Shown here one piece after another: positions 12,901-26,700 of a DNA stretch of 64,000 nucleotides (position 1 is the stretch's first letter; each line of letters starts with the position of its first letter). The stretch is taken from positions 91,946,001 through 92,010,000 of the forward strand of contig OZ024745.1 of assembly GCA_964016885.1 (NCBI GenBank). The letters run 5' to 3'. The stretch comes from Eledone cirrhosa. Taxonomy: Eukaryota. Both the position numbers and the translations under genes were made by a program. Below the pieces are notes generated by a model. It saw only the letters and a list, made by a program, of their open reading frames with translations, searched no databases and had not been told where the DNA came from.

Positions 12901-15900
12901 AGTAAGTTATATTACTCTGCCTGAGTATCAAACAGCTCCACTAGATACAGTAAGTTATATTACTCTGTCTGAGTATCAAACAGCTCCACTAGATACAGTA
13001 GGTTATATTACTCTGCCTGAGTATCAAACAGCTCCCCTAGATACAGTAGGTTATATTACTCTGTCTGAGTATCAAACAGCTCCACTAGATACAGTAATTA
13101 TATTACTCTGTCTGAGTATCAAACATCTCCACTAGATACAGTAAGTTATATTACTCTGCCTGAGTTTCAAACAGCTCCACTAGATACAGTAAGTTATATT
13201 ACTCTGCCTGAGTATCAAGCAGCTGCACTAGATACAGTAAGTTATATTACTCTGTCTGAGTATCAAACAGCTCCACTAGATACAGTAAGTTTTATTACTC
13301 TGCCTGAGTATCAAACAGCTCCACTAGATACAGTAAGTTATATTACTCTGCCTGAGTATCAAACAGCTCCACTAGATACAGTAAGTTATATTACTCTGCC
13401 TGAGTATCAAACAGCTCCACTAGATACAGTAAGTTATATTACTCTGCCTGAGTATCAAGCAGCTCCACTAGATACAGTAAGTTATATTACTCTGTCTGAG
13501 TATCAAACAGCTCCACTAGATACAGTAAGTTTTATTACTCTGCCTGAGTATCAAACAGCTCCACTAGATACAGTAAGTTATATTACTCTGCCTGAATATC
13601 AAACAGCTCCACTAGAGACAGTAAGTTATATTACTCTGTCTGAGTATCAAACAGCTCCACTAGATACAGTAAGTTATATTACTCTGTCTGAGTATCAAAC
13701 AGCTCCACTAGATACTGTAAGTTATATTACTCTGTCTGCATATCAAACAGCTCCACTATATACAGTAAGTTATATTCCTCTGTCTGAGTATCAAACAGCT
13801 CCACTAGATACAGTAAGTTATATTACTCTGCCTGAGTATGAAACAGCTCCACTAGATAAACTAAGTTATATTACTCTGCCTGAGTATCAAACAGCTCCAC
13901 TAGATACAGTAAGTTATATTACTCTGTCTGAGTATCAAACAGCTCCACTAGATACAGTAAGTTATATTACTCTGCCTGAGTATCAAACAGCTCCACTTGA
14001 TACAGTAAGTTATATTACTCTGTCTGATTATCAAACAGCTCCCCCAGATACAGTAAGTTATTTTACTCTGCCTGAGTATCAAACAGCTCCACTAGATACA
14101 GTAAGTTATATTATTCTGTCTGAGTATCAAACAGCTCCACTAGATACAGTAAGTTATATTACTCTGTCTGAGTATCAAACAGCTCCACTAAATACAGTAA
14201 GTTATATTACTCTGTCTGCGTATCAAACAGCTCCACTAGATACAGTAAGTTATATTACTCTGTCTGAGTATCAAACAGCTCCACTAGATAAAGTAAGTTA
14301 TATTACTCTGCCTGAGTATTAAACAGCTCCACTAGATACTGTAAGTTATATTACTCTGTCTGCGTATCAAACAGCTCCACTAGATACAGTAAGTTATATT
14401 ACTCTGTCTGAGTATCAAACCGCTCCACTAGATACAGTAAGTTATATTACTCTGCCTGAGTATCAAACAGCTCCACTAGATACAGTAAGTTATATTACTC
14501 TGTCTGATTATCAAACAGCTCCACTAGATACAGTAAGTTATATTACTCTGCCTGAGTATCAAACAGCTCCCCCAGATACAGTAAGTTATATTACTCTGCC
14601 TGAGTATCAAACAGCTCCACTAGATACAGTAAGTTATATTATTCTGTCTGAGTATCAAACAGCTCCACTAGATACAGTAAGTTATATTACTCTGTCTGAG
14701 TATCAAACAGCTCCACTAGATACAGTAAGTTATATTACTCTGCCTCAGTATCAAACAGCTCCACTAGATACAGTAAGTTATATTACTCTGTCTGAGTATC
14801 AAACAGCTCCACTAGATACAGTAAGTTATATTACTCTGTCTGAGTATCAAACAGCTCCACTATATACAGTAGGTTATATTACTCTGCCTGAGTATCAAAC
14901 AGCTCCCCTAGATACAGTAGGTTATATTACTCTGCCTGAGTATCAAACAGCTCCACTAGATACAGTAAGTTATATTACTCTGCCTGAGTATCAAACAGCT
15001 CCACTAGATACAGTAAGTTATATTACTCTGCCTGAGTATCAAACAGCTCCACTAGATACAGTAAGTTATATTACTCTGCCTGAGTATCAAGCAGCTCCAC
15101 TAGATACAGTAAGTTATATTACTCTGTCTGAGTATCAAACAGCTCCACTAGATACAGTAAGTTTTATTACTCTGCCTGAGTATCAAACAGATCCACTAGA
15201 TACAGTAAGTTATATTACTCTGCCTGAATATCAAACAGCTCCACTAGAGACAGTAAGTTATATTACTCTGCCTGAGTATCAAACAGCTCCACTAGATAAA
15301 CTAAGTTATATTACTCTGCCTGAGTATCAAACAGCTCCACTAGATACAGTAAGTTATATTACTCTCTCTGAGTATCAAACAGCTCCACTAGATAAAGTAA
15401 GTTATATTACTCTGCCTGAGTATCAAGCAGCTCCACTAGATACAGTAAGTTATATTACTCTGTCTGATTATCAAACAGCTCCACTAGATACAGTAAGTTA
15501 TATTACTCTGTCTGAGTATCAAACAGCTCCACTAGATACAGTAAGTTATATTACTCTGCCTGAGTATCAAACAGCTCCACTAGATACAGTAAGTTATATT
15601 ACTCTGTCTGAGTATCAAACACCTCCACTAAATACAGTAAGTTATATTACTCTGTCTGCGTATCAAACAGCTCCACTAGATACAGTAAGTTATATTACTC
15701 TGTCTGAGTATCAAACAGCTCCACTAGATAAAGTAAGTTTTATTACTCTGCCTGAGTATCAAACAGCTCCACTAAATACTGTAAGTTATATTACTCTGTC
15801 TGCGTATCACACAGCTCCACTAGATACAGTAAGTTATATTACTCTGTCTGATTATCAAACAGCTCCACTAGATACAGTAAGTTATGTTATTCTGTCTGAG

Positions 15901-18900
15901 TATCAAACAGCTCCACTAGATACAGTAAGTTATATTACTCTGTCTGAGTATCAAACAGCTCCACTAGATACAGTAAGTTATATTACTCTGCCTGAGTATC
16001 AAACAGCTCCACTAGATACAGTAAGTTATATTACTCTGCCTGAGTATCAAACAGCTCCACTAGATACAGTAAGTTATATTACTCTGCCTGAGTATCAAGC
16101 AGCTCCACTAGATACAGTAAGTTATATTACTCTGTCTGAGTATCAAACAGCTCCACTAGATACAGTAAGTTTTATTACTCTGCCTGAGTATCAAACAGCT
16201 CCACTAGATACAGTAAGTTATATTACTCTGCCTGAATATCAAACACCTCCACTAGAGACAGTAAGTTATATTACTCTGCCTGAGTATCAAACAGCTCCAC
16301 TAGATAAACTAAGTTATATTACTCTGCCTGAGTATCAAACAGCTCCACTAGATACAGTAAGTTATATTACTCTGTCTGAGTATCAAACAGCTCCACTAGA
16401 TACAGTAAGTTATATTACTCTGCCTGAGTATCAAGCAGCTCCACTAGATACAGTAAGTTATATTACTCTGTCTGATTATCAAACAGCTCCACTAGATACA
16501 GTAAGTTATATTACTCTGTCTGAGTATCAAATGGCTCCACTAGATACAGTAAGTTATATTACTCTGTCTGAGTATCAAACAGCTCCACTAGATACAGTAA
16601 GTTTTATTACTCTGCCTGAGTATCAAACAGCTCCACTAGATACAGTAAGTTATATTACTCTGCCTGAATATCAAACAGCTCCACTAGAGACAGTAAGTTA
16701 TATTACTCTGCCTGAGTATCAAACAGCTCCACTAGATAAACTAAGTTATATTACTCTGCCTGAGTATCAAACAGCTCCACTAGATACAGTAAATTATATT
16801 ACTCTGTCTGAGTATCAAACAGCTCCACTAGATAAAGTAAGTTATATTACTCTGCCTGAGTATCAAGCAGCTCCACTAGATACAGTAAGTTATATTACTC
16901 TGTCTGATTATCAAACAGCTCCACTAGATATAGTAAGTTATATTACTCTGTCTGAGTATCAAACAGCTCCACTAGATACAGTAAGTTATATTACTCTGCC
17001 TGAGTATCAAACAGCTCCACTAGATACAGTAAGTTATATTACTCTGTCTGAGTATCAAACACCTCCACTAAATACAGTAAGTTATATTACTCTGTCTGCG
17101 TATCAAACAGCTCCACTAGATACAGTAAGTTATATTACTCTGTCTGAGTATCAAACAGCTCCACTAGATAAAGTAAGTTTTATTACTCTGCCTGAGTATC
17201 AAACAGCTCCACTAAATACTGTAAGTTATATTACTCTGTCTGCGTATCACACAGCTCCACTAGATACAGTAAGTTATATTACTCTGTCTGATTATCAAAC
17301 AGCTCCACTAGATACAGTAAGTTATGTTATTCTGTCTGAGTATCAAACAGCTCCACTAGATACAGTAAGTTATATTACTCTGTCTGAGTATCAAACAGCT
17401 CCACTAGATACAGTAAGTTATATTACTCTGCCTGAGTATCAAACAGCTCCACTAGATACAGTAAGTTATATTACTCTGCCTGAGTATCAAACAGCTCCAC
17501 TAGATACAGTAAGTTATATTACTCTGCCTGAGTATCAAGCAGCTCCACTAGATACAGTAAGTTATATTACTCTGTCTGAGTATCAAACAGCTCCACTAGA
17601 TACAGTAAGTTTTATTACTCTGCCTGAGTATCAAACAGCTCCACTAGATACAGTAAGTTATATTACTCTGCCTGAATATCAAACACCTCCACTAGAGACA
17701 GTAAGTTATATTACTCTGCCTGAGTATCAAACAGCTCCACTAGATAAACTAAGTTATATTACTCTGCCTGAGTATCAAACAGCTCCACTAGATACAGTAA
17801 GTTATATTACTCTGTCTGAGTATCAAACAGCTCCACTAGATACAGTAAGTTATATTACTCTGCCTGAGTATCAAGCAGCTCCACTAGATACAGTAAGTTA
17901 TATTACTCTGTCTGATTATCAAACAGCTCCACTAGATACAGTAAGTTATATTACTCTGTCTGAGTATCAAATGGCTCCACTAGATACAGTAAGTTATATT
18001 ACTCTGCCTGAGTATCAAACAGCTCCACTAGATACAGTAAGTTATATTACTCTGTCTGAGTATCAAACACCTCCACTAAATACAGTAAGTTATATTACTC
18101 TGTCTGCGTATCAAACAGCTCCACTAGATACAGTAAGTTATATTACTCTGTCTGAGTATCAAACAGCTCCACTAGATAAAGTAAGTTATATTACTCTGCC
18201 TGAGTATCAAACAGCTCCACTAGATACTGTAAGTTATATTACTCTGTCTGCGTATCAAACAGCTCCACTAGATACAGTAAGTTATATTACTCTGTCTGAG
18301 TATCAAACCGCTCCACTAGATACAGTAAGTTATATTACTGTGCCTGAGTATCAAACAGCTCCACTAGATAAAGTAAGTTATATTACTCTGCCTGAGTATC
18401 AAACAGCTCCACTAGATAAAGTAAGTTATATTACTCTGCCGGAGTATCAAACAGCTCCACTAGATACAGTAAGTTATATTACTCTGCCTGAGTATCAAAC
18501 AGCTCCACTAGATACAGTAAGTTATATTACTCTGTCTGATTATCAAACAGCTCCACTAGATACAGTAAGTTATATTACTCTGCCTGAGTATCAAACAGCT
18601 CCCCCAGATACAGTAAGTTGTATTACTCTGCCTGAGTATCAAACAGCTCCACTAGATACAGTAAGTTATGTTATTCTGTCTGAGTATCAAACAGCTCCAC
18701 TAGATACAGTAAGTTATATTACTCTGTCTGAGTATCAAACAGCTCCACTAGATACAGTAAGTTATATTACTCTGCCTGAGTATCAAACAGCTCCACTAGA
18801 TACAGTAAGTTATATTACTCTGCCTGAGTATCAAACATCTCCACTAGATACAGTAAGTTATATTACTCTGTCTGAGTATCAAACAGCTCCACTAGATACA

Positions 18901-21900
18901 GTAGGTTATATTACTCTGCCTGAGTATCAAACAGCTCCCCTAGATACAGTAGGTTATATTACTCTGTCTGAGTATCAAACAGCTCCACTAGATACAGTAA
19001 TTATATTACTCTGTCTGAGTATCCAACATCTCCACTAGATACAGTAAGTTATATTACTCTGCCTGAGTTTCAAACAGCTCCACTAGATACAGTAAGTTAT
19101 ATTACTCTGCCTGAGTATCAAGCAGCTCCACTAGATACAGTAAGTTATATTACTCTGTCTGAGTATCAAACAGCTCCACTAGATACAGTAAGTTTTATTA
19201 CTCTGCCTGAGTATCAAACAGCTCCACTAGATACAGTAAGTTATATTACTCTGCCTGAGTATCAAACAGCTCCACTAGATACAGTAAGTTATATTACTCT
19301 GCCTGAGTATCAAGCAGCTCCACTAGATACAGTAAGTTATATTACTCTGTCTGAGTATCAAACAGCTCCACTAGATACAGTAAGTTTTATTACTCTGCCT
19401 GAGTATCAAACAGCTCCACTAGATACAGTAAGTTATATTAGTCTGCCTGAATATCAAACAGCTCCACTAGAGACAGTAAGTTATATTACTCTGTCTGAGT
19501 ATCAAACAGCTCCACTAGATACAGTAAGTTATATTACTCTGTCTGAGTATCAAACAGCTCCACTAGATACTGTAAGTTATATTACTCTGTCTGCATATCA
19601 AACAGCTCCACTATATACAGTAAGTTATATTCCTCTGTCTGAGTATCAAACAGCTCCACTAGATACAGTAAGTTATATTACTCTGCCTGAGTATCAAACA
19701 GCTCCACTAGATAAACTAAGTTATATTACTCTGCCTGAGTATCAAACAGCTCCACTAGATACAGTAAGTTATATTACTCTGTCTGAGTATCAAACAGCTC
19801 CACTAGATACAGTAAGTTATATTACTCTGCCTGAGTATCAAACAGCTCCACTTGATACAGTAAGTTATATTACTCTGTCTGATTATCAAACAGCTCCCCC
19901 AGATACAGTAAGTTATTTTACTCTGCCTGAGTATCAAACAGCTCCACTAGATACAGTAAGTTATATTATTCTGTCTGAGTATCAAACAGCTCCACTAGAT
20001 ACAGTAAGTTATATTACTCTGTCTGAGTATCAAACAGCTCCACTAAATACAGTAAGTTATATTACTCTGTCTGCGTATCAAACAGCTCCACTAGATACAG
20101 TAAGTTATATTACTCTGTCTGAGTATCAAACAGCTCCACTAGATAAAGTAAGTTATATTACTCTGCCTGAGTATTAAACAGCTCCACTAGATACTGTAAG
20201 TTATATTACTCTGTCTGCGTATCAAACAGCTCCACTAGATACAGTAAGTTATATTATTCTGTCTGAGTATCAAACCGCTCCACTAGATACAGTAAGTTAT
20301 ATTACTCTGCCTGAGTATCAAACAGCTCCACTAGATACAGTAAGTTATATTACTCTGTCTGATTATCAAACAGCTCCACTAGATACAGTAAGTTATATTA
20401 CTCTGCCTGAGTATCAAACAGCTCCCCCAGATACAGTAAGTTATATTACTCTGCCTGAGTATCAAACAGCTCCACTAGATACAGTAAGTTATATTATTCT
20501 GTCTGAGTATCAAACAGCTCCACTAGATACAGTAAGTTATATTACTCTGTCTGAGTATCAAACAGCTCCACTAGATACAGTAAGTTATATTACTCTGCCT
20601 CAGTATCAAACAGCTCCACTAGATACAGTAAGTTATATTACTCAGCCTGAGTATCAAACAGCTCCACTAGATACAGTAAGTTATATTACTCTGTCTGAGT
20701 ATCAAACAGCTCCACTATATACAGTAGGTTATATTACTCTGCCTGAGTATCAAACAGCTCCCCTAGATACAGTAGGTTATATTACTCTGCCTGAGTATCA
20801 AACAGCTCCACTAGATACAGTAAGTTATATTACTCTGCCTGAGTATCAAACAGCTCCACTAGATACAGTAAGTTATATTACTCTGCCTGAGTATCAAACA
20901 GCTCCACTAGATACAGTAAGTTATATTACTCTGCCTGAGTATCAAGCAGCTCCACTAGATACAGTAAGTTATATTACTCTGTCTGAGTATCAAACAGCTC
21001 CACTAGATACAGTAAGTTTTATTACTCTGCCTGAGTATCAAACAGCTCCACTAGATACAGTAAGTTATATTACTCTGCCTGAATATCAAACAGCTCCACT
21101 AGAGACAGTAATTTATATTACTCTGCCTGAGTATCAAACAGCTCCACTAGATAAACTAAGTTATATTACTCTGCCTGAGTATCAAACAGCTCCACTAGAT
21201 ACAGTAAGTTATATTACTCTGTCTGAGTATCAAACAGCTCCACTAGATAAAGTAAGTTATATTACTCTGCCTGAGTATCAAGCAGCTCTACTAGATACAG
21301 TAAGTTATATTACTCTGTCTGAGTATCAAACAGCTCCACTAGATAAAGTAAGTTATATTACTCTGCCTGAGTATCAAACAGCTCCACTAGATACAGTAAG
21401 TTATATTACTCTGCCTGAGTATCAAACAGCTCCACTAGATACAGTAAGTTATATTACTCTGTCTGAGTATCAAACACCTCCACTAAATACAGTAAGTTAT
21501 ATTACTCTGTCTGCGTATCAAACAGCTCCACTAGATACAGTAAGTTATATTACTCTGTCTGAGTATCAAACAGCTCCACTAGATAAAGTAAGTTATATTA
21601 CTCTGCCTGAGTATCAAACAGCTCCACTAAATACTGTAAGTTATATTACTCTGTCTGCGTATCAAACAGCTCCACTAGATACAGTAAGTTATATTACTCT
21701 GTCTGAGTATCAAACCGCTCCACTAGATACAGTAAGTTATATTACTGTGCCTGAGTATCAAACAGCTCCACTAGATAAAGTAAGTTATATTACTCTGCCT
21801 GAGTATCAAACAGCTCCACTAGATAAAGTAAGTTATATTACTCTGCCTGAGTATCAAACAGCTCCACTAGATACAGTAAGTTATATTACTCTGCCTGAGT

Positions 21901-24900
21901 ATCAAACAGCTCCACTAGATACAGTAAGTTATATTACTCTGTCTGATTATCAAACAGCTCCACTAGATACAGTAAGTTATATTACTCTGCCTGAGTATCA
22001 AACAGCTCCCCCAGATACAGTAAGTTGTATTACTCTGCCTGAGTATCAAACAGCTCCACTAGATACAGTAAGTTATGTTATTCTGTCTGAGTATCAAACA
22101 GCTCCACTAGATACAGTAAGTTATATTACTCTGTCTGAGTATCAAACAGCTCCACTAGATACAGTAAGTTATATTACTCTGCCTGAGTATCAAACAGCTC
22201 CACTAGATACAGTAAGTTATATTACTCTGCCTGAGTATCAAACAGCTCCACTAGATACAGTAAGTTATATTACTCTGCCTGAGTATCAAGCAGCTCCACT
22301 AGATACAGTAAGTTATATTACTCTGTCTGAGTATCAAACAGCTCCACTAGATACAGTAAGTTTTATTACTCTGCCTGAGTATCAAACAGCTCCACTAGAT
22401 ACAGTAAGTTATATTACTCTGCCTGAATATCAAACAGCTCCACTAGAGACAGTAAGTTATATTACTCTGCCTGAGTATCAAACAGCTCCACTAGATAAAC
22501 TAAGTTATATTACTCTGCCTGAGTATCAAACAGCTCCACTAGATACAGTAAGTTATATTACTCTGTCTGAGTATCAAACAGCTCCACTAGATACAGTAAG
22601 TTATGTTATTCTGTCTGAGTATCAAACAGCTCCACTAGATACAGTAAGTTATATTACTCTGTCTGAGTATCAAACAGCTCCACTAGATACAGTAAGTTTT
22701 ATTACTCTGCCTGAGTATCAAACAGCTCCACTAGATACAGTAAGTTATGTTATTCTGTCTGAGTATCAAACAGCTCCACTAGATACAGTAAGTTATATTA
22801 CTCTGTCTGAGTATCAAACAGCTCCACTAGATACAGTAAGTTATATTACTCTGCCTGAGTATCAAACAGCTCCACTAGATACAGTAAGTTATATTACTCT
22901 GCCTGAGTATCAAACAGCTCCACTAGATACAGTAAGTTATATTACTCTGTCTGAGTATCAAACAGCTCCACTAGATACAGTAGGTTATATTACTCTGCCT
23001 GAGTATCAAACAGCTCCCCTAGATACAGTAGGTTATATTACTCTGTCTGAGTATCAAACAGCTCCACTAGATACAGTAATTATATTACTCTGTCTGAGTA
23101 TCAAACATCTCCACTAGATACAGTAAGTTATATTACTCTGCCTGAGTTTCAAACAGCTCCACTAGATACAGTAAGTTATATTACTCTGCCTGAGTATCAA
23201 GCAGCTGCACTAGATACAGTAAGTTATATTACTCTGTCTGAGTATCAAACAGCTCCACTAGATACAGTAAGTTTTATTACTCTGCCTGAGTATCAAACAG
23301 CTCCACTAGATACAGTAAGTTATATTACTCTGCCTGAGTATCAAACAGCTCCACTAGATACAGTAAGTTATATTACTCTGCCTGAGTATCAAACAGCTCC
23401 ACTAGATACAGTAAGTTATATTACTCTGCCTGAGTATCAAGCAGCTCCACTAGATACAGTAAGTTATATTACTCTGTCTGAGTATCAAACAGCTCCACTA
23501 GATACAGTAAGTTTTATTACTCTGCCTGAGTATCAAACAGCTCCACTAGATACAGTAAGTTATATTACTCTGCCTGAATATCAAACAGCTCCACTAGAGA
23601 CAGTAAGTTATATTACTCTGTCTGAGTATCAAACAGCTCCACTAGATACAGTAAGTTATATTACTCTGTCTGAGTATCAAACAGCTCCACTAGATACTGT
23701 AAGTTATATTACTCTGTCTGCATATCAAACAGCTCCACTATATACAGTAAGTTATATTCCTCTGTCTGAGTATCAAACAGCTCCACTAGATACAGTAAGT
23801 TATATTACTCTGCCTGAGTATCAAACAGCTCCACTAGATAAACTAAGTTATATTACTCTGCCTGAGTATCAAACAGCTCCACTAGATACAGTAAGTTATA
23901 TTACTCTGTCTGAGTATCAAACAGCTCCACTAGATACAGTAAGTTATATTACTCTGCCTGAGTATCAAACAGCTCCACTTGATACAGTAAGTTATATTAC
24001 TCTGTCTGATTATCAAACAGCTCCCCCAGATACAGTAAGTTATTTTACTCTGCCTGAGTATCAAACAGCTCCACTAGATACAGTAAGTTATATTATTCTG
24101 TCTGAGTATCAAACAGCTCCACTAGATACAGTAAGTTATATTACTCTGTCTGAGTATCAAACAGCTCCACTAAATACAGTAAGTTATATTACTCTGTCTG
24201 CGTATCAAACAGCTCCACTAGATACAGTAAGTTATATTACTCTGTCTGAGTATCAAACAGCTCCACTAGATAAAGTAAGTTATATTACTCTGCCTGAGTA
24301 TTAAACAGCTCCACTAGATACTGTAAGTTATATTACTCTGTCTGCGTATCAAACAGCTCCACTAGATACAGTAAGTTATATTACTCTGTCTGAGTATCAA
24401 ACCGCTCCACTAGATACAGTAAGTTATATTACTCTGCCTGAGTATCAAACAGCTCCACTAGATACAGTAAGTTATATTACTCTGTCTGATTATCAAACAG
24501 CTCCACTAGATACAGTAAGTTATATTACTCTGCCTGAGTATCAAACAGCTCCCCCAGATACAGTAAGTTATATTACTCTGCCTGAGTATCAAACAGCTCC
24601 ACTAGATACAGTAAGTTATATTATTCTGTCTGAGTATCAAACAGCTCCACTAGATACAGTAAGTTATATTACTCTGTCTGAGTATCAAACAGCTCCACTA
24701 GATACAGTAAGTTATATTACTCTGCCTCAGTATCAAACAGCTCCACTAGATACAGTAAGTTATATTACTCAGCCTGAGTATCAAACAGCTCCACTAGATA
24801 CAGTAAGTTATATTACTCTGTCTGAGTATCAAACAGCTCCACTATATACAGTAGGTTATATTACTCTGCCTGAGTATCAAACAGCTCCCCTAGATACAGT

Positions 24901-26700
24901 AGGTTATATTACTCTGCCTGAGTATCAAACAGCTCCACTAGATACAGTAAGTTATATTACTCTGCCTGAGTATCAAACAGCTCCACTAGATACAGTAAGT
25001 TATATTACTCTGCCTGAGTATCAAACAGCTCCACTAGATACAGTAAGTTATATTACTCTGCCTGAGTATCAAGTAGCTCCACTAGATACAGTAAGTTATA
25101 TTACTCTGTCTGAGTATCAAACAGCTCCACTAGATACAGTAAGTTTTATTACTCTGCCTGAGTATCAAACAGCTCCACTAGATACAGTAAGTTATATTAC
25201 TCTGCCTGAATATCAAACAGCTCCACTAGAGACAGTAAGTTATATTACTCTGCCTGAGTATCAAACAGCTCCACTAGATAAACTAAGTTATATTACTCTG
25301 CCTGAGTATCAAACAGCTCCACTAGATACAGTAAGTTATATTACTCTGTCTGAGTATCAAACAGCTCCACTAGATAAAGTAAGTTATATTACTCTGCCTG
25401 AGTATCAAGCAGCTCCACTAGATACAGTAAGTTATATTACTCTGTCTGATTATCAAACAGCTCCACTAGATACAGTAAGTTATATTACTCTGTCTGAGTA
25501 TCAAACAGCTCCACTAGATACAGTAAGTTATATTACTCTGCCTGAGTATCAAACAGCTCCACTAGATACAGTAAGTTATATTACTCTGTCTGAGTATCAA
25601 ACACCTCCACTAAATACAGTAAGTTATATTACTCTGTCTGCGTATCAAACAGCTCCACTAGATACAGTAAGTTATATTACTCTGTCTGAGTATCAAACAG
25701 CTCCACTAGATAAAGTAAGTTATATTACTCTGCCTGAGTATCAAACAGCTCCACTAAATACTGTAAGTTATATTACTCTGTCTGCGTATCAAACAGCTCC
25801 ACTAGATACAGTAAGTTATATTACTCTGTCTGAGTATCAAACCGCTCCACTAGATACAGTAAGTTATATTACTGTGCCTGAGTATCAAACAGCTCCACTA
25901 GATAAAGTAAGTTATATTACTCTGTCTGAGTATCAAACAGCTCCACTAGATACAGTAAGTTTTATTACTCTGCCTGAGTATCAAACAGCTCCACTAGATA
26001 CAGTAAGTTATATTACTCTGCCTGAATATCAAACAGCTCCACTAGAGACAGTAAGTTATATTACTCTGCCTGAGTATCAAACAGCTCCACTAGATAAACT
26101 AAGTTATATTACTCTGCCTGAGTATCAAACAGCTCCACTAGATACAGTAAGTTATATTACTCTGTCTGAGTATCAAACAGCTCCACTAGATACAGTAAGT
26201 TATGTTATTCTGTCTGAGTATCAAACAGCTCCACTAGATACAGTAAGTTATATTACTCTGTCTGAGTATCAAACAGCTCCACTAGATACAGTAAGTTTTA
26301 TTACTCTGCCTGAGTATCAAACAGCTCCACTAGATACAGTAAGTTATGTTATTCTGTCTGAGTATCAAACAGCTCCACTAGATACAGTAAGTTATATTAC
26401 TCTGTCTGAGTATCAAACAGCTCCACTAGATACAGTAAGTTATATTACTCTGCCTGAGTATCAAACAGCTCCACTAGATACAGTAAGTTATATTACTCTG
26501 CCTGAGTATCAAACAGCTCCACTAGATACAGTAAGTTATATTACTCTGTCTGAGTATCAAACAGCTCCACTAGATACAGTAGGTTATATTACTCTGCCTG
26601 AGTATCAAACAGCTCCCCTAGATACAGTAGGTTATATTACTCTGTCTGAGTATCAAACAGCTCCACTAGATACAGTAATTATATTACTCTGTCTGAGTAT
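1000..26700. repeat. Large higher-order repeat of about 8.8-10 kb (A/B dimer of ~4-6 kb subunits)
   Basis: Marker monomers alternate type A (4315, 13097, 23079) and type B (8970, 19000). Offsets are 8782 bp (GTG 2983 to 11765; deletion 4315 to 13097) and 9982 bp (GTG 11765 to 21747; TAA 10193 to 20175). The three 456-aa ORFs are near-identical. Boundaries are approximate. Confidence 0.85.
15100..17990. repeat. Local tandem duplication of 30 monomers (1440 bp)
   Basis: Rare variants recur at an exact 1440-bp offset: GCGTATCAC (15808/17248), ACACCTCCACTAGAGAC (~16243/17683) and CAAATGGCT (16531/17971). Confidence 0.9.
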
